Positions 18,955-28,251 of a DNA stretch of 64,000 nucleotides are shown here, one piece after another. The notes below the pieces were generated by a model, which was not told the DNA's origin, ran no database searches, and worked only from the letters and a program-made list of their open reading frames with translations. Position 1 is the first letter of the stretch. The number at the start of each line of letters is the position of its first letter. The DNA is from a virus. Both the position numbers and the translations under genes were made by a program. The stretch spans positions 17,136 to 81,135 of the IMG/VR virus record IMGVR_UViG_3300034198_015460. The stretch is one strand, 5' to 3'.

Positions 18955-19071
18955 TTAGTTACCTTTGAATTTTGCTATTACTTTATCAACATTATCTTTA
19001 ACAAATTGTGGTTGAGGAAGAAAATTCCAACCGACAATAAGACCAATAACAAAAGAAATAAGTGTTAGCAT
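18955..19071 (-). CDS. 38-aa single-pass membrane peptide after the holin
   Basis: Manual translation MLTLISFVIGLIVGWNFLPQPQFVKDNVDKVIAKFKGN; AGGAG SD and AATAAATA at 19090-19097. Confidence 0.6.
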   Translation of the reverse strand: MLTLISFVIGLIVGWNFLPQPQFVKDNVDKVIAKFKGN

Positions 19072-19092
19072 TTTTCTCTCCTTTTATTCTAT

Positions 19093-19545
19093 TTATTGAA
19101 ATGGACCACCTTTTCTTGGTGGATCAGGTTCGTCATCAACAGTTACAGTTTGTGTTGTTGATGGTCTATTATAACTGGGTGTATACTGAGAAGAAGATGG
19201 CGAATAAGATGATCCAGAAGATTGACCATATGACATTGAAGAAGATGATCCGTATGGAGATTGAGTTGTTGTAGTAGATACTGAAATTTTCTCTTGACCT
19301 CTGGACCAAGCAGAAACACCAATAATTGCACCCATGGCAATATGATATAATCCAGCGCCCTTTAGTGTCATTGGGTCCCACTGCTGAAATTTAGTTGCAT
19401 TGAATAGTGCAAAGAAAACAGCATTTAGAATGGGTGCAATTAGAAAATCAAATAAACAGATAATAAAATAAGACCAACCCATTGCTGGTCGCCAATACGA
19501 TTTAAGCCAATGTTCTTCTTCTTTTTTTTCTGTATTATCTGACAT
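19093..19545 (-). CDS. Putative holin (GTA 3TM-holin-like) with Ser-rich tail
   Basis: WRPAMGWSY..FDF..WDPMTLKGAGLYHIAMGAIIGVSAWSRGQEK; overlaps the endolysin stop. Confidence 0.7.
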   Translation of the reverse strand: MSDNTEKKEEEHWLKSYWRPAMGWSYFIICLFDFLIAPILNAVFFALFNATKFQQWDPMTLKGAGLYHIAMGAIIGVSAWSRGQEKISVSTTTTQSPYGSSSSMSYGQSSGSSYSPSSSQYTPSYNRPSTTQTVTVDDEPDPPRKGGPFQ

Positions 19546-20167
19546 TGAATTGCTCTTGAACTTGTGGATACAATAGGTGGAAATGGTGTTTTCTATCATC
19601 AAGGCCGATGGTGCCACCATTAATTTTCTTTGTTATCATAACAATATCGTCGTGATCAGCATCTGGATTAATGTTTCTTGATTTCCAGTATTCACAGGCT
19701 ACTTGAAGAGAAACAACAGGATCATATGCTGCTTCTGGATCGTTGATAAGATCAATACCAATAGCATTTCCATAACGATTGTAATTATCTTTACCAGTTA
19801 ACTGGAATATGCCTCTGCCACGATATCTCCAACCATCACCAGATTCTTCTGATCCATTTCCCATACGATTAGAATAAACTCTATTGGCAATCATTTCTGG
19901 TTTACGAGCGTATTGTTCTGCCAATTGCATTGACGGAAAATATCTTGGAAATACTCTAGTAAGACCTTGTGCAGAATAATTAAGATTTTCTACATTGATA
20001 GAAAACTCTCCTGATTCGTGCATGGCCTGTGCAAGAAAATGCGCGATTCTTAATGGAGTATTGATTTCATAAATCTCAAATATTTGATTCATATTATCGA
20101 CCATGCCTTGTTGAAATTCTGGCTTGGCTCTTCTTGTAATACGTCTAATAAATTCTTCTGAGAGCAT
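19535..20167 (-). CDS. Endolysin, glycoside hydrolase family 19
   Basis: RIAHFLAQAMHES..ENLNYS..GDGWRYRGRGIFQLTGKDNY..TKKINGGTIGLDDR. Confidence 0.92.
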   Translation of the reverse strand: MLSEEFIRRITRRAKPEFQQGMVDNMNQIFEIYEINTPLRIAHFLAQAMHESGEFSINVENLNYSAQGLTRVFPRYFPSMQLAEQYARKPEMIANRVYSNRMGNGSEESGDGWRYRGRGIFQLTGKDNYNRYGNAIGIDLINDPEAAYDPVVSLQVACEYWKSRNINPDADHDDIVMITKKINGGTIGLDDRKHHFHLLYPQVQEQFNVR

Positions 20168-20177
20168 GTGTGTTTTC

Positions 20178-20765
20178 CTAATATTGATAGTTTATATGTA
20201 GAATGACAGAATCTACATCTAAAGATGGTGGAAGAGATTTTTGATCTGAACCATCGTGGATACCTGGAATCATATCTCCGCTATAATATGGTAATCTTTT
20301 ATTTATTAAATTATTTTGTATGATACCATTAGCTGGTATTTTTTCTACAATAGATATTACATTGTCTTCTACAAATTTCTGAGTTTGTCTGGAAATCCAT
20401 TCATTATAAAATGTTTCTGAAGTGTATACGTAAGCTACTTTAAATTCTCTAATGATCATATCATTTATTGTATAGATTATTAAATCATCATATTCATTTT
20501 TATAACTATCATTATGAATGGGAGGAAAATGATCTATGTGGTATGCAAAATTATTGATTTCACTGATACTAGTGACTGCTTGTAAAGAGTTGTCTATATA
20601 CAGCCCATAAGCTTGTTTGTTGATTTCAGGTTTGCCGATTTCTTTTTTTATCCGCATTTTTAAAATATTTGCAGAATTTTTAAAATTAATTTTAGTATTT
20701 TCAATGAAATTCAAATATTCTTTTGAATCAAATACATCTATATTAAGATTTTTAATTTCTATCAT
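20178..20765 (-). CDS. Hypothetical protein, possibly a remote GNAT-like fold
   Basis: Translationally coupled ORF; AYGLYIDNSLQAV strand pattern gives weak support only. Confidence 0.5.
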   Translation of the reverse strand: MIEIKNLNIDVFDSKEYLNFIENTKINFKNSANILKMRIKKEIGKPEINKQAYGLYIDNSLQAVTSISEINNFAYHIDHFPPIHNDSYKNEYDDLIIYTINDMIIREFKVAYVYTSETFYNEWISRQTQKFVEDNVISIVEKIPANGIIQNNLINKRLPYYSGDMIPGIHDGSDQKSLPPSLDVDSVILHINYQY

Positions 20766-20769
20766 ATTT

Positions 20770-21474
20770 TTATCTCCATCTAGGACCGCTAAACCAAGCC
20801 ACAAGAGAATTTCTCTTTCCTGATGTTACCGGATTTACTTTATGAAGAGCAAATGATGGGAATATTATCGCTTCACCTTTATCCATTTTAAAACTACATA
20901 TAGGATAATTATCTGGTGCTGTAGAAAAATCATAAAAAAGAAATTCACCACCTTCATATTCTTCGTGTGAGCTTAACATTAATACAGTTGTTAATTTTCT
21001 AAATTTAGTCGATTCTGTTATGGAAGAATTGTCTGGAATGTCATACCCAAAATGTTCGTCCATGTGCCAGTCGATGTGATTTTTATCTTGACCGGTATAT
21101 CTAAGAAGATTAAATCTAAATAAGCTATCAAGATCTAAATTAAAATATTTTTGATTTATATTCAAAGATTTCTCAATTATTTCATCAGCAAAGTATATAT
21201 CATCTTTTTTATCGAATCTACTTATAGTAAAATGAATGCGGTCTATATTATTATAATTTTCACCAATTAAAGAGCCTTTCTTTTTATCCAAAGTGGGTTC
21301 TAATGTAAACAATTTATAATTAATCTCATCAACTTTTTCTTTTGAAAGAAAATTTTCATCGTAATAATGAGTAACTCCTTTTGTATTATATCCATTTTTA
21401 GATAATTTTTCTTGGTGTATAGGCATTACATCAGTATTTTTTTCTGATCCCAAACCATATTTTATATCAATCAT
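20770..21474 (-). CDS. 2OG-Fe(II) oxygenase (PKHD/prolyl-hydroxylase-like)
   Basis: WHMD (HxD), RKLTTVLML, YEGGEF, IIFPSFALHKVNPVTSGKRNSLVAW. Confidence 0.92.
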   Translation of the reverse strand: MIDIKYGLGSEKNTDVMPIHQEKLSKNGYNTKGVTHYYDENFLSKEKVDEINYKLFTLEPTLDKKKGSLIGENYNNIDRIHFTISRFDKKDDIYFADEIIEKSLNINQKYFNLDLDSLFRFNLLRYTGQDKNHIDWHMDEHFGYDIPDNSSITESTKFRKLTTVLMLSSHEEYEGGEFLFYDFSTAPDNYPICSFKMDKGEAIIFPSFALHKVNPVTSGKRNSLVAWFSGPRWR

Positions 21475-21491
21475 TTCAAACCCCTTCACAT

Positions 21492-21743
21492 TTATCCTCC
21501 TATAGAGCAAACACCAACACCAACTGGCGCTGTATAACTATACAAAACAGTCGAAGCATTTGCTGAAATACTTCCAGTGCTGCTTGACATATTAAGTCTT
21601 TTAAATCTTAAATAAGAGGTATTTGCTCCGTCTGCAATTGCACCATTTCCAGAGGCTAAATTGGTAACATTAGCAATAGCTACAGTATTTTGAGATGTAG
21701 AATCATTAAAAATAATAGCTGTTGCATTAATAGAAACGGTCAT
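21492..21743 (-). CDS. Small fibre-associated protein, MTVSIN paralog 3
   Basis: MTVSINATAIIFNDSTSQNT N-terminus shared with two neighbours. Confidence 0.65.
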   Translation of the reverse strand: MTVSINATAIIFNDSTSQNTVAIANVTNLASGNGAIADGANTSYLRFKRLNMSSSTGSISANASTVLYSYTAPVGVGVCSIGG

Positions 21744-21753
21744 TGATTTCCCT

Positions 21754-21963
21754 TTAAATTGTAAAAGTTATAACATTAGCATTTTGAGTTATAGAACCAG
21801 TAGTCGTTTCAAATAATATTCTACATTCAGCATTAGAACCAGATTTAGAATAATAAACTGTGTTTCCAGAACCTAAATTTGTTATTGTCGTTATCCCCGC
21901 TGAATTTTGAGATGTAGAATCATTATTAAAAATGATAGCGGTTGAATTTATAGAAACAGTCAT
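21754..21963 (-). CDS. Small fibre-associated protein, MTVSIN paralog 2
   Basis: MTVSINSTAIIFNNDSTSQNS. Confidence 0.65.
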   Translation of the reverse strand: MTVSINSTAIIFNNDSTSQNSAGITTITNLGSGNTVYYSKSGSNAECRILFETTTGSITQNANVITFTI

Positions 21964-21969
21964 TTTTAT

Positions 21970-23001
21970 TTATCCGATGGTTATATGAGTAGAATTACCA
22001 GAAATAGTCAAATCTCCAGAAACTGCTATACTTCTCAAAGACGGAGTATTTTCCAAAGTAAATTGTTGTATTCTTGAATCATTAATATCACTTAAATACA
22101 TTTTATGACCATTAGAAGAATATGCTATTCCAGAAACATTTCCTAGACCAGCAGTTCTTCCTGCACTAGTGGAAATGCTTATATTTGCCACTAATGTAGC
22201 CGTATTAACTTGCCATGGGGTTGATAAATTATATTCATATATAATATCACTTGTATAGTCACCAATATACATTTTTGAACCAGTATTATTAAATTCTAAT
22301 GCATTTGGTGATGTATTAGAAACAGAAACGTTTCCAACCAAAGTCGCTGTCGATAAAGTCCAGGCAGAAGACAAGTCGTATTCATGTACTTTATCTAAAG
22401 TTAAACCAAGTACATACATCTTGGTACCATCTGATTTAAATTTCAAACTTGTTGGATTGGTTTCGCCTGGAGTAACACCAATTACTAAATTACTTGTCAT
22501 TGAGACAGTTGCTGTATTTACTTCCCATGCACTAGAAACAGCATATTGAACTATTTTTGAACTTGATCCTGCTTGATTTGTTAAAAATAATTTACTTCCA
22601 TCAGAACTAAAATCCATTCCATATGAATTTGTCATTGCTCCCAAACTAGAACCAGTAAAATCCGCTATACCTGAAGTATATACTTGAGTTGCAGTATCTA
22701 TTTGCCAAGCAGTTGACAAATTAAATTGTAACACTTGATCTGGACTGGAATCAAGTATATACATTTTTGTACCATCTGTTTTAAATCTTATTTCTTCTAA
22801 AGTTGTTCCATTACCACTTTTTTGTGTTTGTAGATATATTGTATTGGTTTGATATGCTACACCGTCTCCCGGAATAGAAATAATAGATACACCAGCAGTG
22901 CATGCAGTATTAGAATCAGCTAAGAAACGTTGTGTTACCGCAGTATTTTGATAAGTTCCATCACTAAAAATTAACGCAGTAGAATTAATGGATACTGCCA
23001 T
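21970..23001 (-). CDS. Beta-propeller virion/receptor-binding-like protein, MAVSIN paralog 1
   Basis: Repeats F-x-x-DG-T/S-K-M-Y...Y-x-LS-T/S-A/P-W-x-V-x-TA (about 5 copies). Confidence 0.75.
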   Translation of the reverse strand: MAVSINSTALIFSDGTYQNTAVTQRFLADSNTACTAGVSIISIPGDGVAYQTNTIYLQTQKSGNGTTLEEIRFKTDGTKMYILDSSPDQVLQFNLSTAWQIDTATQVYTSGIADFTGSSLGAMTNSYGMDFSSDGSKLFLTNQAGSSSKIVQYAVSSAWEVNTATVSMTSNLVIGVTPGETNPTSLKFKSDGTKMYVLGLTLDKVHEYDLSSAWTLSTATLVGNVSVSNTSPNALEFNNTGSKMYIGDYTSDIIYEYNLSTPWQVNTATLVANISISTSAGRTAGLGNVSGIAYSSNGHKMYLSDINDSRIQQFTLENTPSLRSIAVSGDLTISGNSTHITIG

Positions 23002-23791
23002 TCTTTATTTCCTCAATTTCTTTTCTTAATTCTTTAATGGATTCGACTAATAATCCAACAATATTTCCATAAGCAACAAATTTCATACCATTTTCATTTA
23101 TACTGACCGCTTCTGGTAATACTTTTTCTACTTCTTGAGCTATCAATCCTGTACTGATAACATCAGTATTGATGAATTTAAATGTTATACCATTTATAGC
23201 ATTTATTTTTTCTAATGGATTTTCAATGATTTTTATGTCAGACTTTAATCTTTCATCTGAAGATGAAGAAATAACACCAAGAGAAGTCACATTTCCGTTA
23301 AAATAACCAGTACCATTGACTGACAATTTATCGGCAGGCGCATTATTAGAAATACCAAAATTACCATTAGATACAAAATATGCTGCTGTGCCAATGGTTG
23401 CTGTGTTTGTTTGTAGAGTTAAAGCATATGCGTTCACAAGAGAAGAATTTGCAGTGAACAGAGTTCCTGTTGAAACCGTTGTCGCATTAACAGTGCCAGT
23501 TGTATAAACGCCAGAAGTATTGGCTATTACTGATGTCCCAACAGTATGCGAAGCGGCGTTGATAGTTCCAGTATGATATGCTCCAGTTGTATTAGCTATG
23601 AATGATGTGCTAATATTATAAGCAACTGCATTAACAACACTAGAATTGGCGGTAAAAGAAGTACCAACAGTATGTGATGCAGCATTAATCACTCCTGTTG
23701 TGTTCGCTATATACAACCCAGAACTGTTGGCTACTATATTAGAAGAAGCTACTTGAAGTCCGTTTTTGACTAAAAAATCTCTATCTGCCAT
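22985..23791 (-). CDS. Tail fibre protein with C-terminal intramolecular chaperone (peptidase S74-like)
   Basis: DFLVKNGL N-terminus; INAASHTVGTS repeats; SDERLKSDI..GLIAQEVEKVLPEAV..VAYGNIVGLLVESIKEL; late promoter at 23827-23834. Confidence 0.88.
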   Translation of the reverse strand: MADRDFLVKNGLQVASSNIVANSSGLYIANTTGVINAASHTVGTSFTANSSVVNAVAYNISTSFIANTTGAYHTGTINAASHTVGTSVIANTSGVYTTGTVNATTVSTGTLFTANSSLVNAYALTLQTNTATIGTAAYFVSNGNFGISNNAPADKLSVNGTGYFNGNVTSLGVISSSSDERLKSDIKIIENPLEKINAINGITFKFINTDVISTGLIAQEVEKVLPEAVSINENGMKFVAYGNIVGLLVESIKELRKEIEEIKNGSIH

Positions 23792-23840
23792 CTGGTTCCC
23801 TTTCCCACAGAGGTTTTATTTTATTTTATTTATATAATTC

Positions 23841-24734
23841 TTACCACCAAGAAACTATAATAACTCCTGGACCACCATCACCACCCCTACCACCTCCTAA
23901 TGAACCTCCAGCACCTCCGCCACCACCCCCAGAACCAAAAGCACCAGCGCCGCCAGCACCCCCAACAAATATTGTGCTTGCACCCGCACCACCTCCGCCT
24001 GAACCTCCACAAGACATGAATGGTTTTGTGAACATTACACCAGCATTACCATTTGTTTGAGAAGCACCACCAGGAATAGTAGGTATAAATCCTGCACCTG
24101 TTATAGCACCACCAGCACCTGTGCTAGCACCACCTGTTCCACCTGCGCCACCTGATACTATAATATTAGCTATAGCACCCCAAGTAACCGCTGAAGGGCT
24201 AACGGCTGAGCTTTCATTCTGCGCACCTCCAGCGGTACCTACTTGACCAATAGAAGTAGTGTATAGACCATAGTTATTCCATCTATCAGAAGTAGAGGCT
24301 GAACCAGCAGTGCCAGCAGCACCTAATGCAATAGAACTTCCACCACCTCCTGCACCACCACCACTTGCACTTAAAACATAATCTCCTGTTGGACCTATGA
24401 GAGCAACATAGCTTACAGTTCCTGCTGTTCCGCCAGTAGAAGCAGCACCACCCGGACCTCCAGGTCCTGGTGAGACGTAAAGGGTATCTGGAATATAACT
24501 AGCAGGTAACATAAGAGTCGTTATTGCACCAGAACCTCCGCCACCACCGCCGCCTCTAGCAGTAGTAGATGAGTTAGTATGACCACCTCCACCTCCACCA
24601 CCACCTCCAACAAGATAGAAATTGAAGTAACTTACACCTCTTGGTTTTATGAAAGTATAGACGTTTGTTGCTTCAGCAAAATAGATCGCATAGTTACCAT
24701 CCATTGATCTCGGTAGATGTGAAAAATCACTCAT
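23841..24734 (-). CDS. Glycine-rich adhesin-like protein, paralog 3
   Basis: MSDFSH..KPRG..GGGGGGGGG..GGPGVIIVSWW. Confidence 0.75.
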   Translation of the reverse strand: MSDFSHLPRSMDGNYAIYFAEATNVYTFIKPRGVSYFNFYLVGGGGGGGGGHTNSSTTARGGGGGGGSGAITTLMLPASYIPDTLYVSPGPGGPGGAASTGGTAGTVSYVALIGPTGDYVLSASGGGAGGGGSSIALGAAGTAGSASTSDRWNNYGLYTTSIGQVGTAGGAQNESSAVSPSAVTWGAIANIIVSGGAGGTGGASTGAGGAITGAGFIPTIPGGASQTNGNAGVMFTKPFMSCGGSGGGGAGASTIFVGGAGGAGAFGSGGGGGGAGGSLGGGRGGDGGPGVIIVSWW

Positions 24735-24735
24735 G

Positions 24736-25644
24736 TTAAAACCCCCAGATCATTACTAAACCAGAACCACCTCGTCCTCCTAAAGAAGAATTTCCAGAGT
24801 TGTTGATATAAGTACCGCCACCGCCGCCGCCAGAACCAATACCCGCATCACCTCCAGTTCCGCCATTACCAGTAGCGGCTCTACAACCTCCACCACCGGA
24901 ACCTCCACAAGACATAAAAGGCTGCATATAAGTAAGCCCAGATTGACCATTAGTTGCAGTTGAACTTGTGCTTCCAGCACCCCCACTGATTGTCGGCATA
25001 AAACCAGCACCAGTTATAGAACCTCCTGTACGCGCTGTTGGCGTTGTAGTACTACCACCACCGCTAGCACCACCGGATAAAATTATAGAACCCCATGTAA
25101 TACCCGCAGATGGCTCTGATGTAGTTCCTGTAGCGCCCGCTTGCCCCGCAAATAAAGAATAACTTCCATAAGACCCAAGAATCATATTTGTAGCAGTTGC
25201 AGCAGCTCCCGCCGAACCACCGGCTGCGCTTCCGGCGCCACCGCCACTTGCATAACATATTACATACGCGGCAGTAGTATTTGGTTGTACAGAAATATAA
25301 GACGCGCCTCCGCTACCACCGGATGTACCATGCGATCCATCGATCGTGCCAGTGTTAATTCCTGCTGATCCTCCAGCGCCTGAATTGACATATAGAATAT
25401 CAGGAATTAGACTAGCATGGATTAACATAGTAGTAATTCCTCCTGAACCACCGCCTCCACCGCCAAAACCATTACTAGCTGAAGCTACTGAGCGTCCAGC
25501 ACCGCCGCCTCCACCGCCACCTATACATACAATATAGATGCTTGTTATTCCTCTAGGCTTATTCCAGACTTGCCATTGAGAAATACTATAATATACTGAA
25601 AAGTTTGATCTGAGATTTTGTGAAATATGTGAGAAGTCTAACAT
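24736..25644 (-). CDS. Glycine-rich adhesin-like protein, paralog 2
   Basis: MLDFSH..WQVWNKPRG..GGSGLVMIWGF. Confidence 0.75.
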   Translation of the reverse strand: MLDFSHISQNLRSNFSVYYSISQWQVWNKPRGITSIYIVCIGGGGGGGAGRSVASASNGFGGGGGGSGGITTMLIHASLIPDILYVNSGAGGSAGINTGTIDGSHGTSGGSGGASYISVQPNTTAAYVICYASGGGAGSAAGGSAGAAATATNMILGSYGSYSLFAGQAGATGTTSEPSAGITWGSIILSGGASGGGSTTTPTARTGGSITGAGFMPTISGGAGSTSSTATNGQSGLTYMQPFMSCGGSGGGGCRAATGNGGTGGDAGIGSGGGGGGTYINNSGNSSLGGRGGSGLVMIWGF

Positions 25645-25648
25645 GTTA

Positions 25649-26569
25649 CTACCATGATGTTATTATTACCAAGCCAGGACCGCCGTTACCGCCAGCACCA
25701 CCGCCACTTGTACCTCCAGCACCGCCACCACCGCCGCCGCATCCATATGTTGCATTACCACCTCTAGCACCTGCTGTTGTCGTTGAGTTAGATGAACCCC
25801 CACCTGACCCTCCAAGAAAAACTAAAGGGACTAAAAAACCAGATCCGGCTACTCCAGCACCCGGAGAAGCGCCACCAGAACCACCAGAAATTATGGTACT
25901 TTGAAAAACTGAAGGTAGTGGTGCACCACCAGTTCCCAAGTTACCTCCCGCAACACCAGAACCGCCTCCACCACCAGCACCGCCAATAGTTATGTCACCT
26001 CCCATGGTTGTGGAACCCGCAGCAGTACCGCTTACAGCACCACCAGCTCCACCAGTATTTCCCGCAACAGCGGTAAATATTGCAAAATTTGAAAAAGTAG
26101 CAGAAGTTGAAACCATAGCAACAGCAGCAGCACCACCAGCAGCATTGAGGGTAGTTGGACCTGCTGCACCCCCACCACCACCATTAGCATAAGCAAGTAA
26201 ATATGCTGCTGTGGTGCTTGGATATAAACTTACATAACTAGCCCCGCCGTCAGAACCATTAACTCCTGAGCCAGTTGAACCAGCACCTCCTCGACCAACT
26301 TGAATGTATAATAAATCAGGTAATAAAAAAGCAGGCACTAATAATCTTGTTGTTGTTCCTTGCGCACCACCCCCGCCACCACCTCTAGAACCGGTAACTG
26401 AATTAGATCGACCGCCACCGCCGCCACCGCCGCCACTAAGACAGAAGATATTGATCATAGAACAGTTGCGAGGTTTATTCCAAACTTGCCATTCTGTAGC
26501 TGCGTTCAATGCATAGAAGTAGTCTATCTTTGCTGTCTGAGAATCAGAAACGTGAGAAAAATCAAGCAT
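25649..26569 (-). CDS. Glycine-rich adhesin-like protein, paralog 1
   Basis: MLDFSH..WQVWNKPRN..GGPGLVIITSW. Confidence 0.75.
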   Translation of the reverse strand: MLDFSHVSDSQTAKIDYFYALNAATEWQVWNKPRNCSMINIFCLSGGGGGGGGRSNSVTGSRGGGGGGAQGTTTRLLVPAFLLPDLLYIQVGRGGAGSTGSGVNGSDGGASYVSLYPSTTAAYLLAYANGGGGGAAGPTTLNAAGGAAAVAMVSTSATFSNFAIFTAVAGNTGGAGGAVSGTAAGSTTMGGDITIGGAGGGGGSGVAGGNLGTGGAPLPSVFQSTIISGGSGGASPGAGVAGSGFLVPLVFLGGSGGGSSNSTTTAGARGGNATYGCGGGGGGAGGTSGGGAGGNGGPGLVIITSW

Positions 26570-26740
26570 TTATTGTTCTATTGTTGTTTTGTAAGACATC
26601 CCAGTATTAGTGACATCTTCTCCATCATCCTTTACTATTCTGACCACCGTAAAATTTGTCTGTTCAACTTCCATCCAGCCTAAACCTTCATGACCACTTA
26701 GGAACTCAATTCTATATCTTATTACGTTGGATTCGCTCAT
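26570..26740 (-). CDS. Small hypothetical protein of the adhesin cassette
   Basis: Tightly packed ORF MSESNVIRYRIEFLSGHEGLGWMEVE. Confidence 0.6.
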   Translation of the reverse strand: MSESNVIRYRIEFLSGHEGLGWMEVEQTNFTVVRIVKDDGEDVTNTGMSYKTTIEQ

Positions 26741-26741
26741 A

Positions 26742-27188
26742 TTAATAGTTACCTGCAATTACAATTGCCGCCCAGTATGTGTTCGTTGCTGGGGCTGAGT
26801 GGTTTGTCACCAATATAGCATAACTTGGAGGAAGTGCAACGTTCATCGGAACGTCGATAGGATATGTAGCAACTGTTGCATTAGCAGCAGAAACTGAAGG
26901 TAAAGCAACTTCTTGAAATAAAGTACATGTAGTATTATTAGCTGTAGTGTTAGATGAACTTATATAAATTCTTCCAACCGTAGCTGTAGTTGAAAGAGCA
27001 GCAGAGTTGGCTACGGGCGACCATCTAACACGCTGTACAAAACTTCCATTTGTTGCATCAGCAGTAAAAGCAAGAAACGTATCAGTACCTACTGTTCCTG
27101 TTCCATCACTTCTTGTTAAACCTGCTGTAACACGTGTTTGACCATAAGCCCCTACTCTACTATAAATTGGTATTTGATTACCAGCCAT
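26742..27188 (-). CDS. Hypothetical virion protein (fibre-tip connector candidate)
   Basis: MAGNQIPIYSR..FTADATNGSFV..LFQEVALP..IAGNY; GGAG SD. Confidence 0.65.
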   Translation of the reverse strand: MAGNQIPIYSRVGAYGQTRVTAGLTRSDGTGTVGTDTFLAFTADATNGSFVQRVRWSPVANSAALSTTATVGRIYISSSNTTANNTTCTLFQEVALPSVSAANATVATYPIDVPMNVALPPSYAILVTNHSAPATNTYWAAIVIAGNY

Positions 27189-27204
27189 CTAGTTTATCTC
27201 CTGT

Positions 27205-27966
27205 TTAAGCCATTGCTAAATTGTTATAAAGAGCCACTATTTGACCCATAGTGTTTAAAATTGAACCATCATTAAAAATTATACCAGATGCAATTATATC
27301 TGTATTAACTGTGCTATTTCCAATAGAAATTGTGTTTGAAATAGTTAAAATTGCTGTAGTTTTATCAAAAGTTAAATTGGCATCACCGCCAAAAGAACCA
27401 GAGTTATTAAATTGTATTTGTGTATTTGAACCTCCAGGAGTCCCAGACCCACCACCTGATACTGTTGACCAATAAGCTGAACTACCATTAGTTGTTAATA
27501 CTTGACCGGCAGTACCTGTGCTACCATTCGCTGATACTGCAACACCACCAAGAGTAATGTTACCGTTAAATGTGGTCGGAACAGAAAGACTAAAAGCACT
27601 TGTAATACTATTAGCAAAAATTGACCATATAGCCCTTTGCCCGTATGCCGTGTTTGTGCTATAGAAAACAAAGTTATCGTCAGTTTGTTGACGCATCGCA
27701 ACAAAAGCTGATGTATTTACTGTTTGAAAATATATATTTTTATCATTATTAAGTGTTAAAGAATTTGTGATACGCTGACTGGTTATATTAGCACCAACTG
27801 TAATTAAATTTGTTCCATCTGATGTATAGAGAATACCATCAGACATATTAAGAGCAAATTCGCCAGCAGCGATATATTGTGAATTTGTCGCATAAGATGC
27901 AGTTGTATTAGGAGTTCTTCCTGAAACAGAAGTTCTCCTTACTTGAAACTTTGTATTAGCAGCCAT
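27205..27966 (-). CDS. Tail fibre-like protein
   Basis: FQVRRTSVSGRTP..AGEFALN..GTAGQVLTTNGS..PGGSNTQIQFNNSGSFGG fibre motifs. Confidence 0.75.
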   Translation of the reverse strand: MAANTKFQVRRTSVSGRTPNTTASYATNSQYIAAGEFALNMSDGILYTSDGTNLITVGANITSQRITNSLTLNNDKNIYFQTVNTSAFVAMRQQTDDNFVFYSTNTAYGQRAIWSIFANSITSAFSLSVPTTFNGNITLGGVAVSANGSTGTAGQVLTTNGSSAYWSTVSGGGSGTPGGSNTQIQFNNSGSFGGDANLTFDKTTAILTISNTISIGNSTVNTDIIASGIIFNDGSILNTMGQIVALYNNLAMA

Positions 27967-27996
27967 GTGGCTTCCTCTTTAATGGCATGTGCCGAG

Positions 27997-28221
27997 TTAT
28001 TGTTCAAAACCGTCTGTATCAGAAGTATTTACTTCTTTTTTATTTATTCTCTTTTCTTTTTTCTCTAATTGTTTTTCTAATTCAACAATTCTTTGATTTA
28101 AAGAAATATTTGTAGCTTCAGAAAACTTCAATTGTGCTTTCATAAAAACATTATTTTTCATCAATTCTTCAATTTCTTTAAATAAAGTTTCAATATAAAC
28201 ATTGACAAACTCAGGTGACAT
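27997..28221 (-). CDS. Small coiled-coil protein (possible fibre chaperone)
   Basis: EFVNVYIE..heptad-rich 74 aa. Confidence 0.55.
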   Translation of the reverse strand: MSPEFVNVYIETLFKEIEELMKNNVFMKAQLKFSEATNISLNQRIVELEKQLEKKEKRINKKEVNTSDTDGFEQ

Positions 28222-28251
28222 GGGTATATTCCATTATTAAATTAATTATTT

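Noticed and set aside
24968-26516. Pro-rich plus-strand ORFs
   Set aside because: Antisense shadows of polyglycine codons.
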